Notes under the pieces: generated by a model | Told to the model about the DNA's origin: nothing | Database searches by the model: none | The model's input: only the letters and a program-made list of their open reading frames with translations | Virus genome (UHGV): UHGV-1421865 | Strand: one strand, 5' to 3' | Source of the DNA: a virus | Length of the DNA stretch: 64,000 nt | Shown here: positions 30,003-38,442 of the stretch, piece after piece | Numbering within the stretch: the first letter of the stretch is position 1 | How the letters are laid out: each line of letters opens with the position of its first letter | Translations under genes and position numbers: made by a program

Positions 30003-30914
30003 ATGAGATCTTTTACTAGTATAATGGGGGTATCGACCCCACAAAATTTAACACAGGACATCAAGAATTTGTTTTGTCCTAGACTACTTATTACAGCCGA
30101 ACTAGACGAAGACACCTTGGCGCTTGTTTTTAAGTCGAGTAAGTTTGTATCGAAGCAAGTGGCACAAGCCGTGATGAACACCTTAGTTAACAATTCTAAA
30201 CTCGAAAACGGGTCGTCATCGTTACTCACCTTCCTCGTCAACCACGGCTACGGAAATGTAGAGTATGTAAAGAACGGTTTTTATTACGATGTCATTGCGT
30301 ACGATAACACGTACATCAAGCCGATCGTTTCTGGTACGGCAAAAGATCCGTCTGACGACAGCGGTGATGTTACAGAATCTGTCGACGAACTAATGGATAC
30401 CGACCTTACCAATCTCCTCAAAGACTCAGGTGTTGTCGGTGTTCCTTCGGAATTCTATATGGTACGCGTCGGTACCGACAAAGTACTCCTAAAATGGAAA
30501 TACGACAGAGAAACGGTGAACGGTATGCAAAAGTTCACACGAACATTGATAGAATTCTACGACAACAAGACCTTTGTTCCTGACCTGTCCAGAACTTCGA
30601 TGTTTGTACTACCCTCTAAGGTCCGTGTCGTCGTATTGTTGGTACTCGATAGACTAGGTTGTCTTCCGACCGGTAATCCCGCGATGTATTCCAAGGCACT
30701 TATCGGCACAGACACCAATACCAAGAAATTGTTAGAGCAACGTGTCTTCGAAGCCAACGACTTTTTTGCTATTGTTGGTCCAGACGGCGATATTGTAAAT
30801 GTCACCGATAATAGAGACGACGCAAATAGACTGATAGACACATTAAAGAAACAAGAACCCGATGTGACGTACGAGATTCAGAATATGTCACGAGGCGAAG
30901 TAATCGACAACTAA
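30003..30914 (+). CDS. Hypothetical protein, 303 aa.
   Basis: ORF with ATG start. Confidence 0.5.
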   Translation: MRSFTSIMGVSTPQNLTQDIKNLFCPRLLITAELDEDTLALVFKSSKFVSKQVAQAVMNTLVNNSKLENGSSSLLTFLVNHGYGNVEYVKNGFYYDVIAYDNTYIKPIVSGTAKDPSDDSGDVTESVDELMDTDLTNLLKDSGVVGVPSEFYMVRVGTDKVLLKWKYDRETVNGMQKFTRTLIEFYDNKTFVPDLSRTSMFVLPSKVRVVVLLVLDRLGCLPTGNPAMYSKALIGTDTNTKKLLEQRVFEANDFFAIVGPDGDIVNVTDNRDDANRLIDTLKKQEPDVTYEIQNMSRGEVIDN

Positions 30915-30931
30915 TAAAGACTAGCTAAATT

Positions 30932-30965
30932 AAAAGACGATTCTAAACTACTAGAATCGTCTTTT
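30932..30965 (+). terminator. Rho-independent terminator.
   Basis: Perfect 14-bp stem aaaagacgattcta / tagaatcgtctttt with loop aactac, then ttaag. Confidence 0.6.
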
Positions 30966-30989
30966 AAGTGCTATATTATGTGTGATTTG

Positions 30990-31125
30990 TAGAGTTTCTG
31001 TTTTGTATACTGACGTGTAAATATCTGACGTCCACATAAAGGCACTTTTAAGGCTCTCTAACGCACTCAAATGTACTTACCTTGGTACTACTAAGGTCAA
31101 ACAAAAATCGTGCGGTACAGGGCAA
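30990..31125. repeat. Conserved intergenic structured palindromic element, copy 3 (minus form, extended).
   Basis: Reverse complement of the consensus. Also contains the extended 5' segment gtttctgttttgtatactgacgtgtaaatat, which it shares with copy 5. Confidence 0.85.
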
Positions 31126-31150
31126 GTTTTGAACGTTTTGATTTATACTA

Positions 31151-31834
31151 TCAATCAGATACTGTCACTGACGTGCTCAACATATTTTGAATGTCGCTAA
31201 CGAGGCCTTCGCCGACCTTTTGTAATGCACTACCGGCACCGACGGCATGAGGGTCTTGTGTGACAAATTGCTGACCCACACCGGCGATACTGTTACCCAA
31301 CGTCAGTAGCGCATTGTACAGTGTCTCTCCCAGTACCGTCGCCTGACCTTTATTAGGACCAATATGTACATTCTGTCCTTCAATATCGACGTTACCGGCT
31401 TTAATCGTGATGTTACCATTACCGCCGATATTAACATGGGATATGCCCGTCGCTATATCAATACCGTTTTTGTCGTCGTAGGTTATATAAGAGTTAATAC
31501 CACCGCCTGCTCGCATGAGTAGAACCTCGGGGTTGTTGCCTTCTGCATTTTTGATAAATTCGGATGTCGACGTATTAGGATCGAAATACGGTAGATACCA
31601 GTATTCGGAATACGCTTTTGTGTTCTTTAATAACCATATTTTATTACCTGGTACCATCATAGCGAATCCCTGGTACCCGAACATACAAAACGGGTACACC
31701 CACGGTAGGAGGTCTTTATCTTGTGTGTTATCGTCAAATTCAGACGGTACTGCACATTTGATACGACCCTTATGATGTGGGTCTTTAACGTCTAAAACAA
31801 CACCGGGCAACAACTCGTAGTCTGATAGTTTCAT
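31151..31834 (-). CDS. Baseplate central spike protein (P2 gpV / T4 gp5 N-terminal OB-fold type) with a short beta-helix.
   Basis: N-terminus GVVLDVKDPHHKGRIKCAVP (gpV/gp5 OB-fold signature). C-terminal beta-helix repeats GISHVNIGGNGNITIKAGNVDIEGQNVHIGPN. Confidence 0.7.
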   Translation of the reverse strand: MKLSDYELLPGVVLDVKDPHHKGRIKCAVPSEFDDNTQDKDLLPWVYPFCMFGYQGFAMMVPGNKIWLLKNTKAYSEYWYLPYFDPNTSTSEFIKNAEGNNPEVLLMRAGGGINSYITYDDKNGIDIATGISHVNIGGNGNITIKAGNVDIEGQNVHIGPNKGQATVLGETLYNALLTLGNSIAGVGQQFVTQDPHAVGAGSALQKVGEGLVSDIQNMLSTSVTVSD

Positions 31835-31856
31835 ACTTTCGTAAATTTAATTAGTG

Positions 31857-32495
31857 TTAGTTATAACTAAAACCAGAATCGCTAGTATCAATCATTTCAT
31901 AGTCGAAACTAGAATACTTAAATTCTGTCTTAAACGTTCCGGCCGACGCAATTGGGCTCTTATAGTCGAAACTGAGCATGTCCATTCCAGACATTATCGG
32001 CATTCCTATTTTAATACGAGAATAAACGACATTATTTTGATTCAATAGTTCTATATAAAATGCTTGACACATCTCGTCGTACGTTCTGTCACGGGAATAG
32101 TTAAACCAAAAATTCTCAAATAAGATAAAATAGTTCAAATAGCCCAGAGTATGCCGAAATGTTATATTGAACGTCATATCCATCATCGAAAACGGCGAGT
32201 TCGGCGCTCTGTATGCGACCGGTGCATTGGGACTGAGTAAATTATTCTGTTCCGTACGTTCTTGTTTTATCAACGGACCTTGTGCTCTATTCGGTTGTTC
32301 TTGTGTTACAACGGCATTAGAAAACCCCAACACATCGACACTTTGTATTGTTTCGTTGATGAAATCAATAGGGGTTCTTATAAAAGATTTCCCCCTATTG
32401 ATTATATTCGTATACTTTTCTTCTATCTCCGGAGCGATAAACTCTTTCGGCAACAGTAGTCGAAACGCATCTTGTTTCGATTTAAGACTCAACAT
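31857..32495 (-). CDS. Hypothetical protein; possible baseplate component, judged by position next to the spike gene.
   Basis: ORF with ATG start. Confidence 0.5.
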   Translation of the reverse strand: MLSLKSKQDAFRLLLPKEFIAPEIEEKYTNIINRGKSFIRTPIDFINETIQSVDVLGFSNAVVTQEQPNRAQGPLIKQERTEQNNLLSPNAPVAYRAPNSPFSMMDMTFNITFRHTLGYLNYFILFENFWFNYSRDRTYDEMCQAFYIELLNQNNVVYSRIKIGMPIMSGMDMLSFDYKSPIASAGTFKTEFKYSSFDYEMIDTSDSGFSYN

Positions 32496-32519
32496 ATTTC
32501 TTTTATCGTCTTTATATTC

Positions 32520-32590
32520 TACTACAGTCTACAGTAGTCTTGTGCAGTCTACAGTAGTCTTATACAGTCTTGTGTAGTCTATTACAGCCT
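32520..32590. repeat. Tandem ~20-nt repeat (agtctacagtagtcttgtgc-like, 3-4 units).
   Basis: ctacagtctacagtagtcttgtgcagtctacagtagtcttatacagtcttgtgtagtctattacag. Related motifs occur at 36290-36365. Confidence 0.7.
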
Positions 32591-32591
32591 G

Positions 32592-34466
32592 CTACAGACC
32601 TGTGTCATTGCTGTCTGGAGCATCATCTGCCGGGACACTATCAGTCTCAGGTTGGACATCGCCTTGCATTTCGTCGTCTATTTCGTCCGAACTGTCGCTG
32701 GCACCTGCTTCCGGTTCCGGACCGTCGTCTTCAGGCTCGTCTCCTTCGTCGTCCATACCGAATCCACTGTCGTCATCGTCACCACCGAATCCACTGTCAT
32801 CTTCCGACTCGTCGTCCTCTTCATTATTGGTGGCAGTTTTGTCTTTGAATGACTTATTAAGTGCCAAATCGGACTCACTCATCTTCAGATATTTTGTAAT
32901 AAGGAACTCTAAATCGAAATAAGGATTCTCGTTTCCTTCGTCGTCCATTACAGATAGACTGTCTTTCAGATTCGTTATAAATTCGAGGCGCTTTGTCATA
33001 ATCTCTATGTTCATCATCTCTTCGAACATATTATATGAATTAAACCGAAGACCGACGCTACCGATAAGACGATAGTTGTTATTTAGTTTAGGAATACTTA
33101 ACGACAGTTGAATACGCAGCGGTTTCAGTAAGACCTCTGCAAAGACACCCCGAACTCTATTGACGAAACGAGAAAAGTCGATTTCTTCGCGCAGGGCCTG
33201 TGTCGCATCGGTACCGAACCATGTCGCTTGCGCATCGGTACTAAAACGACTGGCTGGAATCTGTGATGCTCTATATAGCTTATTTAAGAAATAATTAAGC
33301 TGATCATTATCGGACAATGTCGGTCCCGAGTCGGTTAAGGTTTCTATCCGGGGTGTGCCGTTCTCATTTTCCGGCATCCAGTATTCTTTGTTGAACGGTA
33401 GATTAACACGGCCGTTTATTTTCAATTCACCGGTTTCGTTATTAAAAGAAATATCTTCTTTATACCGGTTCATCGCTTCGGCTAATGTCTGCCGACCTTT
33501 GGCACGGTTCATACCGCCGACCGGAATAGTAAACATAGTCTTAAACGACGACTGTGTTACCGTCCAAATGATCTGCGCTTGCTCTACAATACGATATATA
33601 TTAAAAGGACGTATCAATCTTTCTAGATACGACTGACGTTGGTTAACACCGGAGTCTTCAAATTTAATATATATCACCTGTGAGTCCAACATTTTACGCT
33701 CATGGCTATGGGTGTCTTTGTACTGTACCCAGTAGGTAACACCGCCATCAACAACGCGAGTCAGTGTACAAGGATCGAGTTCGATTATAGCCTTTACAAA
33801 TTTAGGATGTTGTAGGTCATCGTAGACAATTTCAAAGGCCAGTACACCGTCGATAAGGAATCGTTTGTACTGGTACCATGCCCGTTGTTTCCATTGTAGC
33901 AAATTGTACAGTCGAATGAACTCGTTCTGTAACGTCGTGTTGATTTGTTCTATATATTCCTCTTCGAGATTCTGAATGATAGCATTATCTAAGAAAGGTT
34001 GACAAATGTACAAATCGTTTTCGTCGCCGACAATACTCTCGTTGGCCATTTTGTCGATGATGTCTTCTAATTCGGTATACAACGACATCTGACGTAAGAA
34101 ATCACGACGTTGTGTTAATGTCTTTTCAGAAAACGACCGTTCTTCCTCTGGTTTTATCTTCCAGTTACTAATAGAAGAATATATCGACATCGTATTCTCA
34201 GGCAATAAATCCTTCTGGAGAATAGGGTCTGCAGGTACTGCCTGCATGTTCTTGTATATATCGTCGTCGTAGTTCATCCCATAGTGGGACAACGACTTCA
34301 GGATTTTAGACAGTCCTTTGGGTTTCTTCGGTCTTGTATATTGCTGTGAGAATCCGTTACTGTTACTAAAGTTGTTCTTTATATTTGGATTACCAAAGCT
34401 CTCGTTTATAATGTTGTATATATTAGAACTGTCTTCGAAAACTGAGGACATGTCTGTAAATCTCAT
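32592..34466 (-). CDS. Portal vertex protein (T4 gp20-like).
   Basis: Collinear similarity to gp20 blocks: MNRAKGRQTLAEAMNRYKEDISFNNETGEL; EYWMP..TPRIETLTDSGP; LNYFLNKLYRASQIPASRF. Acidic C-terminal tail. Transcribed divergently from the terminase. Confidence 0.7.
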   Translation of the reverse strand: MRFTDMSSVFEDSSNIYNIINESFGNPNIKNNFSNSNGFSQQYTRPKKPKGLSKILKSLSHYGMNYDDDIYKNMQAVPADPILQKDLLPENTMSIYSSISNWKIKPEEERSFSEKTLTQRRDFLRQMSLYTELEDIIDKMANESIVGDENDLYICQPFLDNAIIQNLEEEYIEQINTTLQNEFIRLYNLLQWKQRAWYQYKRFLIDGVLAFEIVYDDLQHPKFVKAIIELDPCTLTRVVDGGVTYWVQYKDTHSHERKMLDSQVIYIKFEDSGVNQRQSYLERLIRPFNIYRIVEQAQIIWTVTQSSFKTMFTIPVGGMNRAKGRQTLAEAMNRYKEDISFNNETGELKINGRVNLPFNKEYWMPENENGTPRIETLTDSGPTLSDNDQLNYFLNKLYRASQIPASRFSTDAQATWFGTDATQALREEIDFSRFVNRVRGVFAEVLLKPLRIQLSLSIPKLNNNYRLIGSVGLRFNSYNMFEEMMNIEIMTKRLEFITNLKDSLSVMDDEGNENPYFDLEFLITKYLKMSESDLALNKSFKDKTATNNEEDDESEDDSGFGGDDDDSGFGMDDEGDEPEDDGPEPEAGASDSSDEIDDEMQGDVQPETDSVPADDAPDSNDTGL

Positions 34467-34491
34467 GTGCTGTTATATATTTGATATTTGA

Positions 34492-35475
34492 CTATATCGG
34501 AATAGAAATGCCCGTAAGAGCCATAATTTTTAGTACCGCTTTCTGGATAAGTGACCAGGCGACGATTAGTGCCTTGGACTTTGTCTTTTCCAGTAGTGCA
34601 TGTGCCGTCTCCACACCTTTCTGTCGTACGGCGTCCATTTTAAGTGCCATTTCGTACGCAACAGCGTCGACGGCTTTATCGACAAATTTGTCTCGCTTAT
34701 CTATTATTTTATCGCTATACTTCGTTACTTTCGTATCGATGTACGATAATGCTTTATTTACTGACTTTTCGGCGTATTCGTTAACATAGTCCGGTCCGTT
34801 TTCAATGTACGTCAGCGACAACGAAATGTAACTTTCTACTTGTGGTAAATAGTCGTCGCAGAGTTTTTTAACCTCGTTTGCGTTTTTAATAAGGTCATTT
34901 ACGAATTTCGATGACTTTTTCTTCTTCTTCTTTTCCTGTTCTCGTTTATTGATGTCTTCTGCCGACTTTATTAACGATTCTAAGAGCTCACCTTTCGTCA
35001 TAAAGTAGCCTTTACCGTCTTCTCGTGTTTCGTCGATAATTTCATTAGATATATACGCGATAGCTCTCTTTCCGGCGCGACTCATTATCTCAGATAGAAA
35101 ATCGGGAGGACTAAGAAACGGGCCTATAATACGTACAAGATGTTTTGTGCCGTACGAAACGATTTGCGTCGTACACTTTTCTAATAGTTGCGTACCTAGA
35201 CCTATCAATTCTTCTTTGAAAATATCGATATATTCCGACGCAGACTTGGGATTGATACGTGCGATAACACCTGTCACCGTCGCGGCAATTTTAAGACTGG
35301 ACATGGTCGTCGGGTCTTGTAACGCATCGGAAGTCAGTTTGGTAAGTGCGGTCGTCGCCTTGCCTTGCACAAAACTCGTGGCTTTATTGATAGCCAAATT
35401 AGAAAGTGTCGTACTGCCGCCTGGACCGGTAACTGCATTTATATTACTAATTGTTACTGCGTCTGTTAATCCCAT
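34492..35475 (-). CDS. Hypothetical protein, 327 aa, with a lysine-rich segment.
   Basis: ORF with ATG start. Confidence 0.55.
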   Translation of the reverse strand: MGLTDAVTISNINAVTGPGGSTTLSNLAINKATSFVQGKATTALTKLTSDALQDPTTMSSLKIAATVTGVIARINPKSASEYIDIFKEELIGLGTQLLEKCTTQIVSYGTKHLVRIIGPFLSPPDFLSEIMSRAGKRAIAYISNEIIDETREDGKGYFMTKGELLESLIKSAEDINKREQEKKKKKKSSKFVNDLIKNANEVKKLCDDYLPQVESYISLSLTYIENGPDYVNEYAEKSVNKALSYIDTKVTKYSDKIIDKRDKFVDKAVDAVAYEMALKMDAVRQKGVETAHALLEKTKSKALIVAWSLIQKAVLKIMALTGISIPI

Positions 35476-36129
35476 TTATCTCATATCATATCGTTCTGTC
35501 GCCCAATCGTACGTACCCTTCGCTTTGACTGTACTTTTCGGCTTGACTGTCGATGCTTTTAGTTGTTCTATAATAGTGTCTTTGTATTTGTTAAAGACAT
35601 TATGATACAACCATTCGGAAATATCGTCATCTGTTAAATTGAAATAGTGTTTTAATACATTTATCGCGTCGAACGGAAACGTACTCTCGTCGAAACTGAT
35701 TTTAACATTTAATTTAACATCTGATTCCGACATTATTTTATCTAACATCTTAACGGCTTCGCTTTGAGGCTCTACTACATCTTCTGAAGACTCGGTTGGT
35801 TGTGTAGTGCTGTCATATAAAGAATCAGGGTATTCTGTAACGACGTCGGAAAGGAATTCTTCGACTTTATTAGTCGGTTTCGCTAACATATCTTGCTGTG
35901 CCATCGCCATCAGGTCTGACGGTGCCGAAATAGGTGCTTCTTGTACCGGTGATGTGACTGTGCCTGTGTCCGATTCCATCTTAACATAATATCTCGAAAA
36001 CTCATTCATACTCATTTGACCGTGGTCTGTCATGATGATAGTATCGCCTTCCGGTGTCATTATACTGTCACGGACGAATATCGTTTGACCGGTTTGTGTA
36101 TTGATAAATTCGCCTTGTATATTTTGCAT
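35476..36129 (-). CDS. Hypothetical protein, 217 aa.
   Basis: Start is adjacent to the stop of the 34492 gene. Confidence 0.5.
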   Translation of the reverse strand: MQNIQGEFINTQTGQTIFVRDSIMTPEGDTIIMTDHGQMSMNEFSRYYVKMESDTGTVTSPVQEAPISAPSDLMAMAQQDMLAKPTNKVEEFLSDVVTEYPDSLYDSTTQPTESSEDVVEPQSEAVKMLDKIMSESDVKLNVKISFDESTFPFDAINVLKHYFNLTDDDISEWLYHNVFNKYKDTIIEQLKASTVKPKSTVKAKGTYDWATERYDMR

Positions 36130-36369
36130 AGTTATTTCGTTATTATTCTTTCATCTATATAATAGGACACAAAGGCGAAACACAGTATAGTTTGGGTAAC
36201 TTTTGTATTGTATATGCGTGATTTTCATATATATATGCTGATGTAATCTATCTACGTACAAAGCAAGACTACAACACTACTACAGTCAACTAATGTAATC
36301 TATATAGAGCATGTTGACGAAAGTCTATGTCTCGCATTACTGTAGTAGACTACACAAGACTACCAAAGT

Positions 36370-38223
36370 ATGATAAAAGAAAAAGAATACGAATTTAATC
36401 CTATAAAAGAACAAACTGCCGGAAAGCAATCGGAACAGGTAGTTTGGTCGACAAAATCTATCGAAAAAGCCTGTGAAGGTCTGGATAAGGGTATGCCGCT
36501 GAAAGCATCGCCGTTTATCGGTAAGGTGACGCAGCTACTGAAACCGAATCTGGTATATAGAAGAACAAAGGAGGAAATAGAAGACTATATCCGTTGTAAA
36601 ACCGACGTGGTTTACTTCGCGACGAAATGTTACCTAATGACACCGACGGGTTTACAACCCTGTGTACTTCGTGACTATCAAGAAGGTTACTTACAACATG
36701 TCGCTAATAATAGGTTCTCTATTATGTTGGCATGTCGACAGGCCGGTAAGTCAGTATCTACCGCAATAGCGTGCTTATGGAAGATTCTATTTAATACAGA
36801 CAAGCGAGCACTTATATTGTCTAAATCGGGACCTGCCGGCGAAGACTTATTGGCTAAGATAAAGGACATGTTTATGTTCTTGCCGTATCACCTTAAATGT
36901 GGTGTGATGAAGTGGAATCAAAAAGAAATCAGTTTCGATAACAATTCCAGTATCTCCACAGAGGCTTTCTCCGACACCGCAGGTCTGGGTAAGACAATTA
37001 ACTTTCTTATATTAGACGAGTTCGCATGGTGTCCACCCGGTGAAGTCGAACTGTTCTATAATAACATTATTCCTACTATTACGGCCGATACAAACTCTAA
37101 TATCTGTATCATGTCGACACAGAACGGCTTTAATTTGTTTTATAAGATATATAAAGCGTCGCTGGAAGGAAAAAACATCTATGCACCCTATAAAGTCGAC
37201 TGGTACCAAGTACCGCAATGGGACAAGGAGATAGGGGGTTGGAAGAAACGAGACGAGGCATGGAAACAAGAGATGATCGGTATCTTAGGATCCGAAGAGA
37301 ACTTCTATTACCAGTACGGTACTCAATTTTCTATTTCTAATGCTTGTTTGGTCAGTCGCGAATGTATGACGGTACTACACGACAAGGAAGCCAAGTTTAT
37401 TTCTTATACCGAAAACGAGTACAATGACAAAGGTCTTTATTTGACGTTACAGCATCCGGAATGTCTCAGATGGCATCCCGATTACGATATTTCTAATATA
37501 AAGAAAGACTATTTTGTCATACTTGTCGACTTAGCAGAAGGATCTGGTGGCGACTATACTGTTTTTAATATAATAAAAGTAAACGGAAAAGAAGACTACG
37601 AGGCAGTAGGTCTATGGCATTCCAACCAAGTGGACTTAGAGCATAGTGCACTGGAATTTTGGCTGTTGGTGTGTCAGCTGTTCAACGACGGTAACGCTAT
37701 CATATCCATAGAATACAACACATACGGACAACTGTTTTATACTTATATAACAAACTATAACGAACAAGAGTACGACAAAGAGAAACAGTGGCGATTTAAC
37801 GTACCCGGTGCCGCCGACGGTGTAGATACTTTTAATATAGCAAAATACGGTAAACAGTTCGGTGACGATAACTTCAAATCACTCAATACACCGGGTATAA
37901 AAATAACTAGTACGAACAAACCGGTGCTGTGCTCGATGTTAAAGATGTTGTTAGAGAAATCGAAACTTAAAATATACGACATCGGAACCATTACAGAACT
38001 TGAAAATTTCGAAGATAAAAACGGTACTGGTTCTTATAAAGCAAAATACGGTCACGACGACATTATCATGTCACTATGTCAACTACCGGCATTGGAACAA
38101 AATATAAGATTCAAAAATTTCTTAGAAGACATCGAAACCGCATCAGAATATAGTAATATAGAATCGAAATTCGATATGTCGGGATATGACGATTTCAGCC
38201 CGCACGGGGTGTCGTTATACTAA
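36370..38223 (+). CDS. terL: Terminase large subunit (T4 gp17-like).
   Basis: Walker A LACRQAGKS, Walker B LILDEFAW, nuclease-domain motifs DLAEGSGGDYTVFNI and GHDDIIMS. Confidence 0.85.
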   Translation: MIKEKEYEFNPIKEQTAGKQSEQVVWSTKSIEKACEGLDKGMPLKASPFIGKVTQLLKPNLVYRRTKEEIEDYIRCKTDVVYFATKCYLMTPTGLQPCVLRDYQEGYLQHVANNRFSIMLACRQAGKSVSTAIACLWKILFNTDKRALILSKSGPAGEDLLAKIKDMFMFLPYHLKCGVMKWNQKEISFDNNSSISTEAFSDTAGLGKTINFLILDEFAWCPPGEVELFYNNIIPTITADTNSNICIMSTQNGFNLFYKIYKASLEGKNIYAPYKVDWYQVPQWDKEIGGWKKRDEAWKQEMIGILGSEENFYYQYGTQFSISNACLVSRECMTVLHDKEAKFISYTENEYNDKGLYLTLQHPECLRWHPDYDISNIKKDYFVILVDLAEGSGGDYTVFNIIKVNGKEDYEAVGLWHSNQVDLEHSALEFWLLVCQLFNDGNAIISIEYNTYGQLFYTYITNYNEQEYDKEKQWRFNVPGAADGVDTFNIAKYGKQFGDDNFKSLNTPGIKITSTNKPVLCSMLKMLLEKSKLKIYDIGTITELENFEDKNGTGSYKAKYGHDDIIMSLCQLPALEQNIRFKNFLEDIETASEYSNIESKFDMSGYDDFSPHGVSLY

Positions 38224-38282
38224 CTTATCAAAACTTACAAAAATCTCGTCTGTGACAACGTGTGGGACACGTTTTGTGTTCC

Positions 38283-38410
38283 ATAACGCACGATTTTTCT
38301 TTGACCTTGGTACTAGTAAGGCTGGCTGGTTTGGACACGATACAGGAGCTCTAAAGTGCCTTTACGGGCTTGTTATAGTTTGGTATACCAGTATACAAAA
38401 CAGAAACCGT
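38283..38410. repeat. Conserved intergenic structured palindromic element, copy 4 (plus form, divergent 3' half).
   Basis: ataacgcacgatttttctttgaccttggtactagtaagg...ctaaagtgcctttacgggc...gtatacaaaacagaaacc. Confidence 0.75.
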
Positions 38411-38442
38411 CAAAGTTGAACTAAAATAAGACTAAAAATGAC

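Noticed and set aside
32520-32590. The tandem ~20-nt repeats as a possible CRISPR array.
   Set aside because: The period is about 20 nt with no unique spacers between units, the units are imperfect, and there are only three or four of them. This is a simple tandem repeat.
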